This document shows, one piece after another, positions 26,751-35,680 of a stretch of DNA of 45,741 nt. How positions within the stretch are numbered: position 1 is the stretch's first letter; each line of letters begins with the position of its first letter. Source of the stretch: a virus (Duplodnaviria > Caudoviricetes); the IMG/VR virus record IMGVR_UViG_3300025875_000050, positions 1 to 45,741 of that record; one strand, given 5' to 3'. The position numbers and the translations under genes are program-made. Below the pieces are notes generated by a model, which worked only from the letters and a program-made list of their open reading frames with translations, was not told the DNA's origin and searched no databases.

Positions 26751-27028
26751 CAGGGGATCTCCTCGGGGGACTCGGGGGTGAGCGGGGTGGGGGTGGTGCG
26801 GGGCTCCCACACGTCGACCGGCTCGACCTGCTCGGGCGGGTCGACGTCATGGGGGTCAGGGGGCGCCAAGGTGGGCGCCGGGGCGGGCGCGGGAGCGGGC
26901 GCCGCGGCGTCCTCGGGCAGCGCCGCGCGCAGGTGCGGGAACAGGGCGCTGCCGATCCACGCGCGCGGGACCAGGTGGTCCAGGCGGCGGCCGGTGCGCG
27001 TGCTGTAGGCGGCCACGAACTCGTCCAG
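26750..27028 (-). CDS. Small hypothetical protein before the major tail (start CTG 27028 or GTG 27016)
   Basis: GGAGG at 27034-27038; TGATG coupling to the major tail. Confidence 0.7.
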   Translation of the reverse strand: MDEFVAAYSTRTGRRLDHLVPRAWIGSALFPHLRAALPEDAAAPAPAPAPAPTLAPPDPHDVDPPEQVEPVDVWEPRTTPTPLTPESPEEIP

Positions 27029-27097
27029 GGGTGCCTCCAGGGCAGGGGTCGGAGCCCCGCCGCCGTGGTGCTCGCGGGCGGGGCCTGGGCCGGCTGG

Positions 27098-27538
27098 TCA
27101 GCCGGTGATGCCGCGGTACAGCAGCGGCACGAAGAAGCGCGGCGGGGTGGCGCCCTTGTCGAAGCGGACCCGCCCGGTGTCGCCGTCCTCGTAGATCCGG
27201 CCGCCGTTGGGCAGGTCGAAGCTCACCAGGGCCTCGTCCGCGATGTCGGCGGCCTCCAGGCACCAGCACTGCGTCCCGGCGGCCGCGGTGACCTGGAAGG
27301 GCCAGTCCCGCTCGCTGCCGTCGATCCCGGCCAGGGACTGGGCCGCGCCCGGGCGGTTGCCGGCGGAGCCCCACAGCACCAGGTACGGCAGGACAGCGCC
27401 GGTGTTCTCCCCGCTCTTGCACAGCGGCGGGTCCTTCACCAGGCCGTCGAAGACGACCAGCCGCCCGGCGGCCACCTCCTTCAGGCGGTCCAGGACGAGC
27501 TGGTGCAGGGCGGGAGCCGACGTCGGGGCGCTAGGCAC
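27098..27538 (-). CDS. Tail terminator-like protein
   Basis: VFDG.V...PYLVLW...FQVTAAA; position. Confidence 0.75.
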   Translation of the reverse strand: MPSAPTSAPALHQLVLDRLKEVAAGRLVVFDGLVKDPPLCKSGENTGAVLPYLVLWGSAGNRPGAAQSLAGIDGSERDWPFQVTAAAGTQCWCLEAADIADEALVSFDLPNGGRIYEDGDTGRVRFDKGATPPRFFVPLLYRGITG

Positions 27539-27926
27539 GGAACCTCTCAGCGATCAGGCCCAGGGCGGCGTCCAGCCCGGGGGAGTACTTCTCGAACGCC
27601 GGCCCCATGTAGGGCCGCGGCGCCATCACCGACGTGCCGTACTCGTCCTCGGTGCCGTCCTCGAGGTAGCCGCCGTAGTCGGTGGTCGGCCCGACGTCCC
27701 CGATCGCAGACGTGGCCAGCAGCCGGGTCTCGTAGCTGATCGAGTCGGAGTTGTTGCCGGTGTCGACCGGGGACCCGGTCGGCGGGTCGGAGGAGGCCTG
27801 GCGCTTGATGTCCGCGCACGTCTTGGCGACGGCCTGGCGGGCGAAGGGCAGGGCCTCGCGGCCGATGCCGGTCAGGTCGCGGGCGAGGGCGTAGACCTCG
27901 CGGGCGTCGATGTCGGCGCTGGCCAT
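27531..27926 (-). CDS. HK97 gp10-like head-tail protein
   Basis: PVDTGN..SI, VGPT.DYG.YLE.GT, MAPRPYMGPAFE. Confidence 0.85.
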   Translation of the reverse strand: MASADIDAREVYALARDLTGIGREALPFARQAVAKTCADIKRQASSDPPTGSPVDTGNNSDSISYETRLLATSAIGDVGPTTDYGGYLEDGTEDEYGTSVMAPRPYMGPAFEKYSPGLDAALGLIAERFRA

Positions 27927-28456
27927 CAGGCCCCCTCGGCTGGGACGGCCTCGGGGCTCTCGGGGGGGTTGTTCGCGGTTAGGTCGTCGGTGCACACCAG
28001 CTCGCGGTCCCAGATCTGGGACCCGGACTTCACGTCGGCCACGCGCAGCCACCGCCCGACCATGGCGGGGTCGTCGGGGTTGGCGAGCACCTGCAGGGTG
28101 TCGCCGTCGCGGCCGGCGCGCACGGGCGGCATCGGCGGGTCGGCGGTGAAGGACGCGGCCGCGCTGTAGGAGCGGGAGGACACCTGCTGGCCGACGGCCT
28201 CGGCCTCCCGGCTCCCGGACAGCAGCGCCTGCAGGCGCACCATCCCGGTCCAGATCGCCGGCGGCGCGGTCACCGCGGTGGGCCCGGCGTCGCGGGACCA
28301 CCCGCCGTTGTCGTCGGCCGTGGTGGCCGTGCGCCGGTGCAGGGACACGCGGGTGGTGGCGAAGGAGTCCCCGACGCCGTGGTGGTGCGCGGACCAGCCG
28401 GCCGGGAGCACCTGGTGCCCGCGCAGCCCGCCTCGCCCGCCTCGCAGGCCCGGCAC
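27926..28456 (-). CDS. Head-to-tail stopper-like protein
   Basis: WSAHH, IWTG..RLQ, DP..VGR.LRV.DV..GS...R.L.C; position. Confidence 0.75.
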   Translation of the reverse strand: MPGLRGGRGGLRGHQVLPAGWSAHHHGVGDSFATTRVSLHRRTATTADDNGGWSRDAGPTAVTAPPAIWTGMVRLQALLSGSREAEAVGQQVSSRSYSAAASFTADPPMPPVRAGRDGDTLQVLANPDDPAMVGRWLRVADVKSGSQIWDRELVCTDDLTANNPPESPEAVPAEGA

Positions 28457-28458
28457 GG

Positions 28459-28872
28459 TCAGTAGTCCATGAACTCGGTGACGGACCAGGACGACAGCTC
28501 CTCGGCGTCCTCGGCCTCGACCAGGGCGCGCAGCCCGCGCGCGGACTCGCGCAGCTCCTTGGCCACCGCGGGCCCGTCGGTCGCCAGGTCCTCCTTGCGG
28601 ATCTTCTTGGCCACGATCGCCTCGGAGCGGGCCGCGATCTCCAGGGCGTCGGCGGCGGCGAGCCGGACGGCGCGCAGCGGCAGGTCGTCGGAGTCGGCCA
28701 CGGCCTCGGTGGCGGTGATGCCCTGCATCTTCAGCAGGCCCAGCAGCTCGGGGTCGCGCAGCAGCGGGTCGTCGCTGGTGTCGGCGGACAGGAGCCGGAC
28801 TTGGCCCAGCGGGGTGCCGTAGTCCGGGCCGTCGTCGTCGCCGGCGGGCGGGGTGCTCGGGGTCTCGCTCAC
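28459..28872 (-). CDS. Head-to-tail adaptor
   Basis: DY.TPLGQVRLL.AD, LAAADALE.IA, DL.TDG.AVA.ELR. Confidence 0.85.
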   Translation of the reverse strand: MSETPSTPPAGDDDGPDYGTPLGQVRLLSADTSDDPLLRDPELLGLLKMQGITATEAVADSDDLPLRAVRLAAADALEIAARSEAIVAKKIRKEDLATDGPAVAKELRESARGLRALVEAEDAEELSSWSVTEFMDY

Positions 28873-28916
28873 GGGGGCTCCTCTGACGGCCTATGACCAG
28901 GTTGTTCGGTGGTGCG

Positions 28917-28965
28917 CTGCTGGCCCGCCCCGGCCCCGGGGAAGCGGGTCGGGACGGGCCAGCAG
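28917..28965 (-). terminator. Hairpin after the major capsid gene
   Basis: CTGCTGGCCCG.../...CGGGCCAGCAG long stem. Confidence 0.65.
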
Positions 28966-28985
28966 GTGGTGCTACGCGCTCAGGC

Positions 28986-30116
28986 TCAGGAGCCGGTGGA
29001 GGCGTAGGTGGCGATCGGGTCCAGGCTGCCCGCGCCGGCGATGTGCCGGCCGCGGTAGCTGATCGTGTCGTCCTTGAAGGACCCCTCGTCCACCGGGACG
29101 GACCCGCCGCCGACGCGGGAGCCCTGGTCCATCCGCACGCGGATGTCGGGGTTCTCCTCCCCGCGCATCTTGGCGAAGGCGATCGCCGGCCGGGCCACGG
29201 TCGGCGCCGGGACGATGAACCAGGTGGTGTCGGCCTTGGCGGACTCGTTGATGATCGAGACCCACCACGAGACGACGATGTCGAACTTCCCGAACAGCGG
29301 GTTGGGCCGGAAGTACTTCTGCGAGCCCTCGGTGACCTCGATCGTCGGGGTGTTCACGATCGCCTCGGCCTGGAACTGCAGGGCCTGGGGGACGACCAGG
29401 CGCAGGCGGGTGCCGGCCAGGCGCACCGGGCGCCCGTCGCGGCCCTTGCGCTTGGAGATGGCGATCCACGCCGCCTCCAGGTTCTCCCGGGTCAGCGGCT
29501 TGTTGTCGACCGGGTTGGACACCTTGCCGGCGGCCCGGTTGGTGAACAGCGCCGTGTTGGGGCCGGTCTTGGTGACCAGGGCCTCGAAGGTCACCCGGTC
29601 CTCGGTCGCGCGGGCGCCGGCGGCCAGGTCGTCGGGCAGGGACGCCAGGCCGTCCAGCTCGTCGTTCTTCCGCAGCTCGAAGGTCAGGTCGAACGTGTTA
29701 CCGAACTTCCGGGCCGACAGCTCGTACTCGTCCTCGTCCTTGGACCGGCTCTTGTACTCCTCGCCCTCGTGGACCTCGTCGAAGGCGTCGCGGCCGCCGA
29801 ACAGCTCGATGAACTTCTTCTTCTTGAAGTCCTTGACGACGGTCGGCTTGGCGATCTGCTGCCACTCGGGGGTGATCTCCTCGTAGGCGGCCAGCATCTC
29901 CACGTCGAAGGACTGACCCAGCAGGATGTTGAAGTCCGGGCGGGCCAGGGCCTCGCGCAGCGCGAGGGAGGCCCACGGGTTGGAGCCGGTCGTGCCGGCG
30001 GTGAACAGCTCGGCCGCCTCGACCACGCGGGCCAGGTGGTCCTGGTCGGGGGTGCGCTGGGGGCGGTCCCACAGCTGGCGCGGGATCAGGTCGGCGGTGT
30101 GCAGGATCTGCTCCAT
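28986..30116 (-). CDS. Major capsid protein (Mu gpT-like, HK97 fold)
   Basis: 376 aa; VKDFK, EV.EGEEY, KFG..F..TFE...ND, LVVP.AL, F..D.I.YR.RH. Confidence 0.92.
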   Translation of the reverse strand: MEQILHTADLIPRQLWDRPQRTPDQDHLARVVEAAELFTAGTTGSNPWASLALREALARPDFNILLGQSFDVEMLAAYEEITPEWQQIAKPTVVKDFKKKKFIELFGGRDAFDEVHEGEEYKSRSKDEDEYELSARKFGNTFDLTFELRKNDELDGLASLPDDLAAGARATEDRVTFEALVTKTGPNTALFTNRAAGKVSNPVDNKPLTRENLEAAWIAISKRKGRDGRPVRLAGTRLRLVVPQALQFQAEAIVNTPTIEVTEGSQKYFRPNPLFGKFDIVVSWWVSIINESAKADTTWFIVPAPTVARPAIAFAKMRGEENPDIRVRMDQGSRVGGGSVPVDEGSFKDDTISYRGRHIAGAGSLDPIATYASTGS

Positions 30117-30203
30117 GGCAGGGGACCTCTCAGGCTCGGGTGGTGCTCGGGGCGGGGCTGGTCAGGGGGTCGTGCTGGTGGTGCGGGTGGTGCGCGGGGC
30201 TGG

Positions 30204-30557
30204 TCAGGACTGGGCGTAGCCGACCGCGACGGCCTCGACCGTGCCGACGTCGCCGGCGGCGCCGCCCTTGATCGTCAGCGCGGTGCCCCACAGGCTGTTG
30301 CTCGCGCCGCTGGTGGCCGACAGCACCTTGGAGCCGTCGTTGGCCAGGTACAGGGGGGATCCGACCTGGGTCACGGGGCCGGTGACCTGGACGTCCCAGG
30401 ACTTGTCCAGCCACACGGTGGCGCCGCCCTCGGGGGTGCGGTCGGTCTGCGCGACGCCGCAGATCCGGCCGACGCGGACGGGGTCGCCGCTCTTGGTGCC
30501 CTCCGGGACCGGGATGTGGATGTGGTTGGCGTCGGACAGGCGCTGGTTCTTGGCCAT
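30204..30557 (-). CDS. Capsid decoration/cement protein (DUF2190-like)
   Basis: MAKNQ...KSGDPVRVG.I.GVA.TD; precedes the capsid gene. Confidence 0.8.
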   Translation of the reverse strand: MAKNQRLSDANHIHIPVPEGTKSGDPVRVGRICGVAQTDRTPEGGATVWLDKSWDVQVTGPVTQVGSPLYLANDGSKVLSATSGASNSLWGTALTIKGGAAGDVGTVEAVAVGYAQS

Positions 30558-30624
30558 GCTCGGGGTCTTCTTCCTGCTCGTGCTCGAGGTGGGCGGGCGG
30601 TGCGGTAGTGCTCGTGCTGGTCGC

Positions 30625-32049
30625 TCAGGCGCCGGTGGTGGCCTTGGCCTTGCCGCGGGCGGCCAGGACCCGCTCGCGGAAGCTGGCCTCGGTCAGCGCG
30701 ACGGTGCCGCCGCCCTGCTCGCCACCGGTGCCGCCGGCGGACTCCTTCACCGACCCGGTGTCGGCGCCGACGCCCTTGGGCAGCCCGGTGACGCCGTGCG
30801 CCTCCAGGAGCGCGACGGCCTCGGTCTCCTTGGCGGTGCGCGCGGCCTCGGCCAGCGTGGTCAGCGCGGCCTCGTCCAGGCCGCCCTGCTCGGTCAGCGG
30901 CGGCGCGGCCGCCAGCACGGACTCCACGACCTGCACCTGCACGCTGGCGGGCAGGAGCCGGGAGGACTCCAGCACCTTGGCGACCAGCGGGCGGGCGATG
31001 TTGCGGGCCTTGGTCTCGGCCAGCGCGCGCTCGGCCACCTGCGTGCGCTCGCGCTCGGCGGCCAGCTGGGTCTGCGCCTCGCGCAGCGCCGACAGCTCGG
31101 ACTCCTCGATCTGGACGTGTCCCACGGTGATGCCTCCTGGAGGGGTGGTGGTGCTCTCGGTGATCGCGGCCCCCACGACGGGGACCGTGGGGGGAGTGGA
31201 CTGCCCGGGGGCCGCGTTCGGGTCCGGGACGTAGGTGGTGACCGCGCGCACCGCTTCCGGGGTGCCGGTCAGGGCCAGGGCGCCGTCCTCGCCGGCGGCG
31301 TAGGCCTGCCGGTACAGCTGGTCGCGGCCCTGGTAGTAGACCTCGAAGATCACGTCGCTGTCCGTGAAGTCGCGCAGCGAGGCGTAGCCGTCCTGCTCGC
31401 GCCAGGCGTCGCGGATCACCGTGCGGAGCGCGTCGCGCAGCTCGTTGCCGGTCAGGTCACCGGGCAGGGCCTCCGCGACCTGGTCGGCGTCGACCTCCGC
31501 GGCGTGGCGGGCGGACTCCATCAGGGAGACCAGCGCGCCGCCGGCGCCGGCGTTCGTCACGAAGTCCACCGACGTGCCGCGCTGGCCGGGGATCAGCTTG
31601 GTGGCGATCTTCCCGGAGCGGCCGTCGCGCTCGCCCTGCGTGAACTCCGCGGCCGCGATGATCGACAGGCCGATGTCCTTCCACAGCGCCTCCACGACGG
31701 GGGCGTGGTGGGCGTGCACGACGACGTCGGAGTACAGGCCCGGGCCCTCGGGGCCGGCGTCCTCCCAGACCGGGGTGGAGTCGATCCGGCCGGCGAGCTT
31801 GAGCACGGAGCGCTCGGGCTGCTGCCACTGCTCGGACTCGGTCGGGTGGTCCAGGTACATCTGGGTCCCCTGCGCGAACAGGGTGGGCCCGTCCCGCTTG
31901 ATCACGTCGGCGGGGTAGTAGCAGCTGGAGCCCCACCGGTCGCCCTCGATCAGCTTCCCGCGGAAGCGCTTGGACCCGTCCGGGCGGGTGGCCAGCGCGG
32001 TGTCGCCGCTGGGCAGCGTCCCGGTGGCCTCGTGCAGCTCGATCTTCAT
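30625..32049 (-). CDS. Capsid maturation protease fused to scaffolding domain
   Basis: WGSS.YYP, MYLDHPT, IGLSI.A, SVDFVT.AGAGG; GGAGG RBS; coiled-coil C-terminus. Confidence 0.85.
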   Translation of the reverse strand: MKIELHEATGTLPSGDTALATRPDGSKRFRGKLIEGDRWGSSCYYPADVIKRDGPTLFAQGTQMYLDHPTESEQWQQPERSVLKLAGRIDSTPVWEDAGPEGPGLYSDVVVHAHHAPVVEALWKDIGLSIIAAAEFTQGERDGRSGKIATKLIPGQRGTSVDFVTNAGAGGALVSLMESARHAAEVDADQVAEALPGDLTGNELRDALRTVIRDAWREQDGYASLRDFTDSDVIFEVYYQGRDQLYRQAYAAGEDGALALTGTPEAVRAVTTYVPDPNAAPGQSTPPTVPVVGAAITESTTTPPGGITVGHVQIEESELSALREAQTQLAAERERTQVAERALAETKARNIARPLVAKVLESSRLLPASVQVQVVESVLAAAPPLTEQGGLDEAALTTLAEAARTAKETEAVALLEAHGVTGLPKGVGADTGSVKESAGGTGGEQGGGTVALTEASFRERVLAARGKAKATTGA

Positions 32050-33164
32050 GCTGTCCTCCGGGACGCGGCGATGTCGGTCAGGGTCTTCAGCGGCGTGACC
32101 CCGTAGGAGTCCCGCCAGCCGGGAGTCGTGCGCTTGGTGGACAGGTCGTCCCAGGTGATGTCGCCGGCGTTCAGCAGCCGCAGCCGCTCCGTCCCGGCCG
32201 GACCGCCGCCCATGACGCGCACCTGGTCGGCCTGGGTGAGGCCGGCGAACTTGGCCCGGGCGTCGGTCAGGGCGTCCGGCGGGTCGTCCAGGTCGAAGCC
32301 CAGGGCCCGCCAGGACTTGACCTTGGGGCCGCGCCGGCACCGCCCGGACTGGTGGTCCTCGGGGCCGGGCACGGTCAGCGGGTAGGACTTCCCGTGCTTG
32401 GCCCAGCACGACGGGCAGGTCGTGACGTCCAGCGTGGCCAGCCACGTCCACTCCTCCAGGACGTCGGCGTTCGCCAGGTCGTTCTGGTGGGCCGCGGCCC
32501 GGTGGGCGTCCAGCATCTCGGTGCGCGCGACGTTCAGGGCTCGCGCCAGGCCTCCGGTGAAGCCGGCGCCGTCCTTGGTGCCGACGGCGGCGCGCACCCG
32601 GGCGACCATCCGCGCCGCGGCCGTGCGCGGGCTGGAGCCCACGGCGATCCCGCGGACCAGCTCGGCGTTCACCGCGGCGGTGGACTGCGCGGACAGCGGC
32701 ACCAGGGTGCTGGTGATCTGCTGCGTGGTGCGGGCCACGATCGCGGCGAGCTGGGCGGGGGACAGGCGGTTGAACGCCACGACCAGCTCGAGCTGGGACC
32801 CGGCGACCGCGGGCATCTGCACGGCGGTCATCTGCGCGTGCGCGTGCGCGGCGTCCGCGGCGACCGACCCGACGTCGCGGACGATCCGTGCGCCGGCGTC
32901 GGCCACGACCTGCTCGAGCGCTTCCCGGGTGGCGTCCAGGGCCCGGATCAGCCGCTCCTCGCGGGCCAGGGCGACCCGGGAGGGCCACCCGTCGCGCTCG
33001 GCGGTGGCGACCAGCTCGGTGATGGTCTGCTGCCACTCCGGCTCCAGGACCGCCCAGGCCGCGCCCCACGCGCGGATCAGGTCCCGCTCGGTGGCGTCGA
33101 CCTGGGCGTTCAGCAGGACCCGCAGGCCCTCGCTGATCCGCAGGACGTCGCGGGTGATGGCCAC
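32046..33164 (-). CDS. MuF-like minor capsid / head morphogenesis protein
   Basis: RA..VARTE, W.W.ATLD..TC.SCW..HG, DH..GRC. Confidence 0.9.
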   Translation of the reverse strand: MAITRDVLRISEGLRVLLNAQVDATERDLIRAWGAAWAVLEPEWQQTITELVATAERDGWPSRVALAREERLIRALDATREALEQVVADAGARIVRDVGSVAADAAHAHAQMTAVQMPAVAGSQLELVVAFNRLSPAQLAAIVARTTQQITSTLVPLSAQSTAAVNAELVRGIAVGSSPRTAAARMVARVRAAVGTKDGAGFTGGLARALNVARTEMLDAHRAAAHQNDLANADVLEEWTWLATLDVTTCPSCWAKHGKSYPLTVPGPEDHQSGRCRRGPKVKSWRALGFDLDDPPDALTDARAKFAGLTQADQVRVMGGGPAGTERLRLLNAGDITWDDLSTKRTTPGWRDSYGVTPLKTLTDIAASRRTA

Positions 33165-33182
33165 GGCGCCCTCCAGGCGGGG

Positions 33183-34919
33183 TCAGGTGGTCGCGCTCGC
33201 CTCGGTGGCCGCGCGCTGCGCCGGCACCGCCGGTGCGGGCTGGCCGTACAGGGAGTCGGGGGCGTCGCCGCGCTGGCGGGCCCCCACGACCCTGGCCGCG
33301 GCGGCCACGGCCGGGTCGGTGAAGTTGCCGTCCTTGTCGGTCATCTCCTCCAGGACGCCGTCCACGTCCTCGACCCCGATGACCTCCAGGGCCAGGCGGA
33401 CGATCTCCTTGGGCGGCACGCCCAGCTCGTCCGCGATCTTCAGGGCCTCCAGGACGGCCTTGGGGTCGGTCTTCTCCAGCGGCGGGAAGACGATCTCCAC
33501 CTGGGGGTCGGTGTCCTGCGCCAGGCGCACCTGCTCGCGGCCGAACTCGTCGCGGATCACGGTCCCCTTCAGGGGGCCCTGCGGGGCGCGCACGGCCTCG
33601 GTGATGGCGTAGGCGAGGATCCGCCGGTCCGCCTCGGCCCACCGGGTGCGCCGGGTCCCCAGGATCAGCTTGGTGGGCTCGTCCAGGGTGGTGGCCGTCG
33701 CCCGGGCCCCGGTCACCCCGGGGTCGGCCAGCAGCATCGTCACCGGCAGACCGACGCCGGCCGCGACCATCGCCGCGAGCGGCCGCCCGGACTCGGAGTC
33801 CACCGTGGCGCCGGTCTTGGGGATGGCCTCCAGCGCGCCCTCGGGAGCGTTGGCGATCGCGCCGGCGGTGGACTCGGTGCCCTCCCCGGTGCGGGGCCGC
33901 TCGGCGCGGACGGCGGCCGCTGCGGCGGCGGCCTCGGCGGCCACCGCGGCGTCCTTGATCTTCTGCGCGGCCTTCTGGGTCTTGGAGGCGATCGCGCCCG
34001 GCGAGCGCCGCCAGGCGAACCTGGACAGGGCCTTCACCAGCTGCGCCCAGTCGGCCAGGAAGTCGCGGTAGGCGCGCGCCCACGGCAGTGCCGTGTAGAC
34101 GTCGCCCACGCCCCACTTGGTGTCCTTGGCGCGGTTCACGGAGACGTGCAGCACGGGGGCGTCCCAGCGGACGTCGATCAGCTGCCCCTCGAGCTTGACC
34201 TGCGCCAGGCGCACCCGGGGCCGGTAGTTCAGCGACGGGTGCAGCTCCTTGATCGCCTCGCGGGTGATCGTGCCGTCCGGGGTGATCACCGGGGCGGTGT
34301 AGCAGCGCAGGTAGTACCAGGCCTCGGCCCGGTCGTCGGGGTTGGCGATCACGTCTTCGATCTCGTCCCACGGCAGGGTCCGCACCTGCACGGCGCCGGT
34401 CTTCATGCCGGTGAACAGCACGGCGAAGACCTGCCCGTCGGTGCCCAGCGCGCGCTCGTTCTCCTCGCGGGCCTGCTCCCCGAACCACGCGGTCTTGTTC
34501 GCCTCGTCGTCCACGGTGGCCTGCACCACGGCGTTGACGTCCTGGCCGCCGTCCTTGCCGGTCGCGCGGGCGGTGATGGTGCAGCCCTCGCCCCAGACGT
34601 AGGCGTGGCGCAGGGCCAGGGCCCGCCCGATCAGGGGGTTCGTGGCGGCCATCGCGCGCCCGACGGCGGAGGCCTGGCGCAGGCCGGCGCGGCTGAAGGA
34701 CTCCGAGGCGTTCGTGGTGATCTTGCGCCAGCCGGCGTCCTCCATCGCCAGCTCGGCGTCGGCGTAGGCCTCCTGGACGTGCAGGGAGGCCTCCTGCAGG
34801 GCGTGCACCGCGGTGTCGATCTCGCCCACCAGCTCGCCCTCGATCACCGGGCCGGCGGACTCGGTCAGGGCCAGGTCGGTCCCGGGCCGGCGGCCGCGGA
34901 GTCGGTCGAGCATGGACAC
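33183..34919 (-). CDS. Portal protein
   Basis: 578 aa after terminase; LAMEDAGW, NPLI.RA..LR..YVWG, ARA.A.TLD.PT. Confidence 0.9.
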   Translation of the reverse strand: MSMLDRLRGRRPGTDLALTESAGPVIEGELVGEIDTAVHALQEASLHVQEAYADAELAMEDAGWRKITTNASESFSRAGLRQASAVGRAMAATNPLIGRALALRHAYVWGEGCTITARATGKDGGQDVNAVVQATVDDEANKTAWFGEQAREENERALGTDGQVFAVLFTGMKTGAVQVRTLPWDEIEDVIANPDDRAEAWYYLRCYTAPVITPDGTITREAIKELHPSLNYRPRVRLAQVKLEGQLIDVRWDAPVLHVSVNRAKDTKWGVGDVYTALPWARAYRDFLADWAQLVKALSRFAWRRSPGAIASKTQKAAQKIKDAAVAAEAAAAAAAVRAERPRTGEGTESTAGAIANAPEGALEAIPKTGATVDSESGRPLAAMVAAGVGLPVTMLLADPGVTGARATATTLDEPTKLILGTRRTRWAEADRRILAYAITEAVRAPQGPLKGTVIRDEFGREQVRLAQDTDPQVEIVFPPLEKTDPKAVLEALKIADELGVPPKEIVRLALEVIGVEDVDGVLEEMTDKDGNFTDPAVAAAARVVGARQRGDAPDSLYGQPAPAVPAQRAATEASATT

Positions 34920-34945
34920 GTCGGCGCCCTCCTCGGGTCGGTGGT

Positions 34946-34962
34946 GGTGGGTGGATCCACGC
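34946..34962 (+). promoter_or_regulatory. GGTGGGTGGATCCACGC box upstream of the portal
   Basis: Repeated at 16563 (inverted) and 25089 (one mismatch). Confidence 0.6.
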
Positions 34963-35092
34963 GGCTACCGTGGGCGGCGAGCGCTGATCCCGGCCCCTGC
35001 CGGGGGTAGGGGCTCGCTGCGCGCCCGGTGAGCCGGTGAAGGCGTGAGCCGGCGGGAGACCTCCCGCCGGGCCGGGCGTGGCCCTCCAGCGG

Positions 35093-35134
35093 GGGGCGGG
35101 GCCGTAGTACCGACCGCGGCGGTGGCCCCGCCCC
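35093..35134 (-). terminator. Hairpin after the HNH gene
   Basis: GGGGCGGGGCC/GGCCCCGCCCC, 5 nt after the stop. Confidence 0.55.
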
Positions 35135-35139
35135 TTGGG

Positions 35140-35598
35140 TCAGGCGGTGAGCACCAGCTGGCGGCGGGCCTCGTCGCGCAGCAGGTTGGCGCGGCGCCGG
35201 TTCTCCGCCCCGGTGACGACCTCCAGGTGCTCGGTCCGCACGCACAGGCGGACGCCGCACAGGTGGTCCGGCTCCTCGCCGGGGAAGACCATCACGCCGG
35301 CGAGCTGCACGGCCATCAGGTGCGCGCCCAGGGACCGCTCCCCGTCCCACGCGGTGCCGTACCCGGACCCGTTGACCAGCCCGGTCCACAGCAGGCACGG
35401 GCCCAGGTCCGGGCGCCGGGCCGGGACCGGGCCGGGTGCGGTCTGCTCGAGGAAGCGCGCGACGGGGTCGACGCGGCGGATCCGCGGCCGCGGTGCCTGG
35501 GCGTTCCCGTACCGGGACCACCGGTAGTAGCAGCGCGAGCACAGTCCGCGGGCCTTCACCGGCCGGCCGTCGTGCTGGCAGGTCCCGGTCGTGTCCAC
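35140..35598 (-). CDS. HNH endonuclease with N-terminal Zn motif
   Basis: ARGLCSRCYYRW.RYG; CLLWTG...GYG...AH...DHLCGVRLCV..EHLEVVT..EN. Confidence 0.9.
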   Translation of the reverse strand: MDTTGTCQHDGRPVKARGLCSRCYYRWSRYGNAQAPRPRIRRVDPVARFLEQTAPGPVPARRPDLGPCLLWTGLVNGSGYGTAWDGERSLGAHLMAVQLAGVMVFPGEEPDHLCGVRLCVRTEHLEVVTGAENRRRANLLRDEARRQLVLTA

Positions 35599-35680
35599 AC
35601 CATGATCATGGGTGCTCTTCGACGCCCTGACCAGCGGGTATGCGGCGGGCCTTCCTCCTCTGGCACCGCAGGTGCGGTGC

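Noticed and set aside
30625-34488. 1287-aa ORF as one giant protein
   Set aside because: Upstream part is Arg/Gly/Pro-rich off-frame sequence over portal and MuF; the real start is ATG 32049 with an RBS
21172-35009. Long plus-strand ORFs such as 23016..27008, 32352..35009 and 21172..22770
   Set aside because: Antisense shadows of high-GC genes; no recognisable motifs, and they overlap clear minus-strand genes
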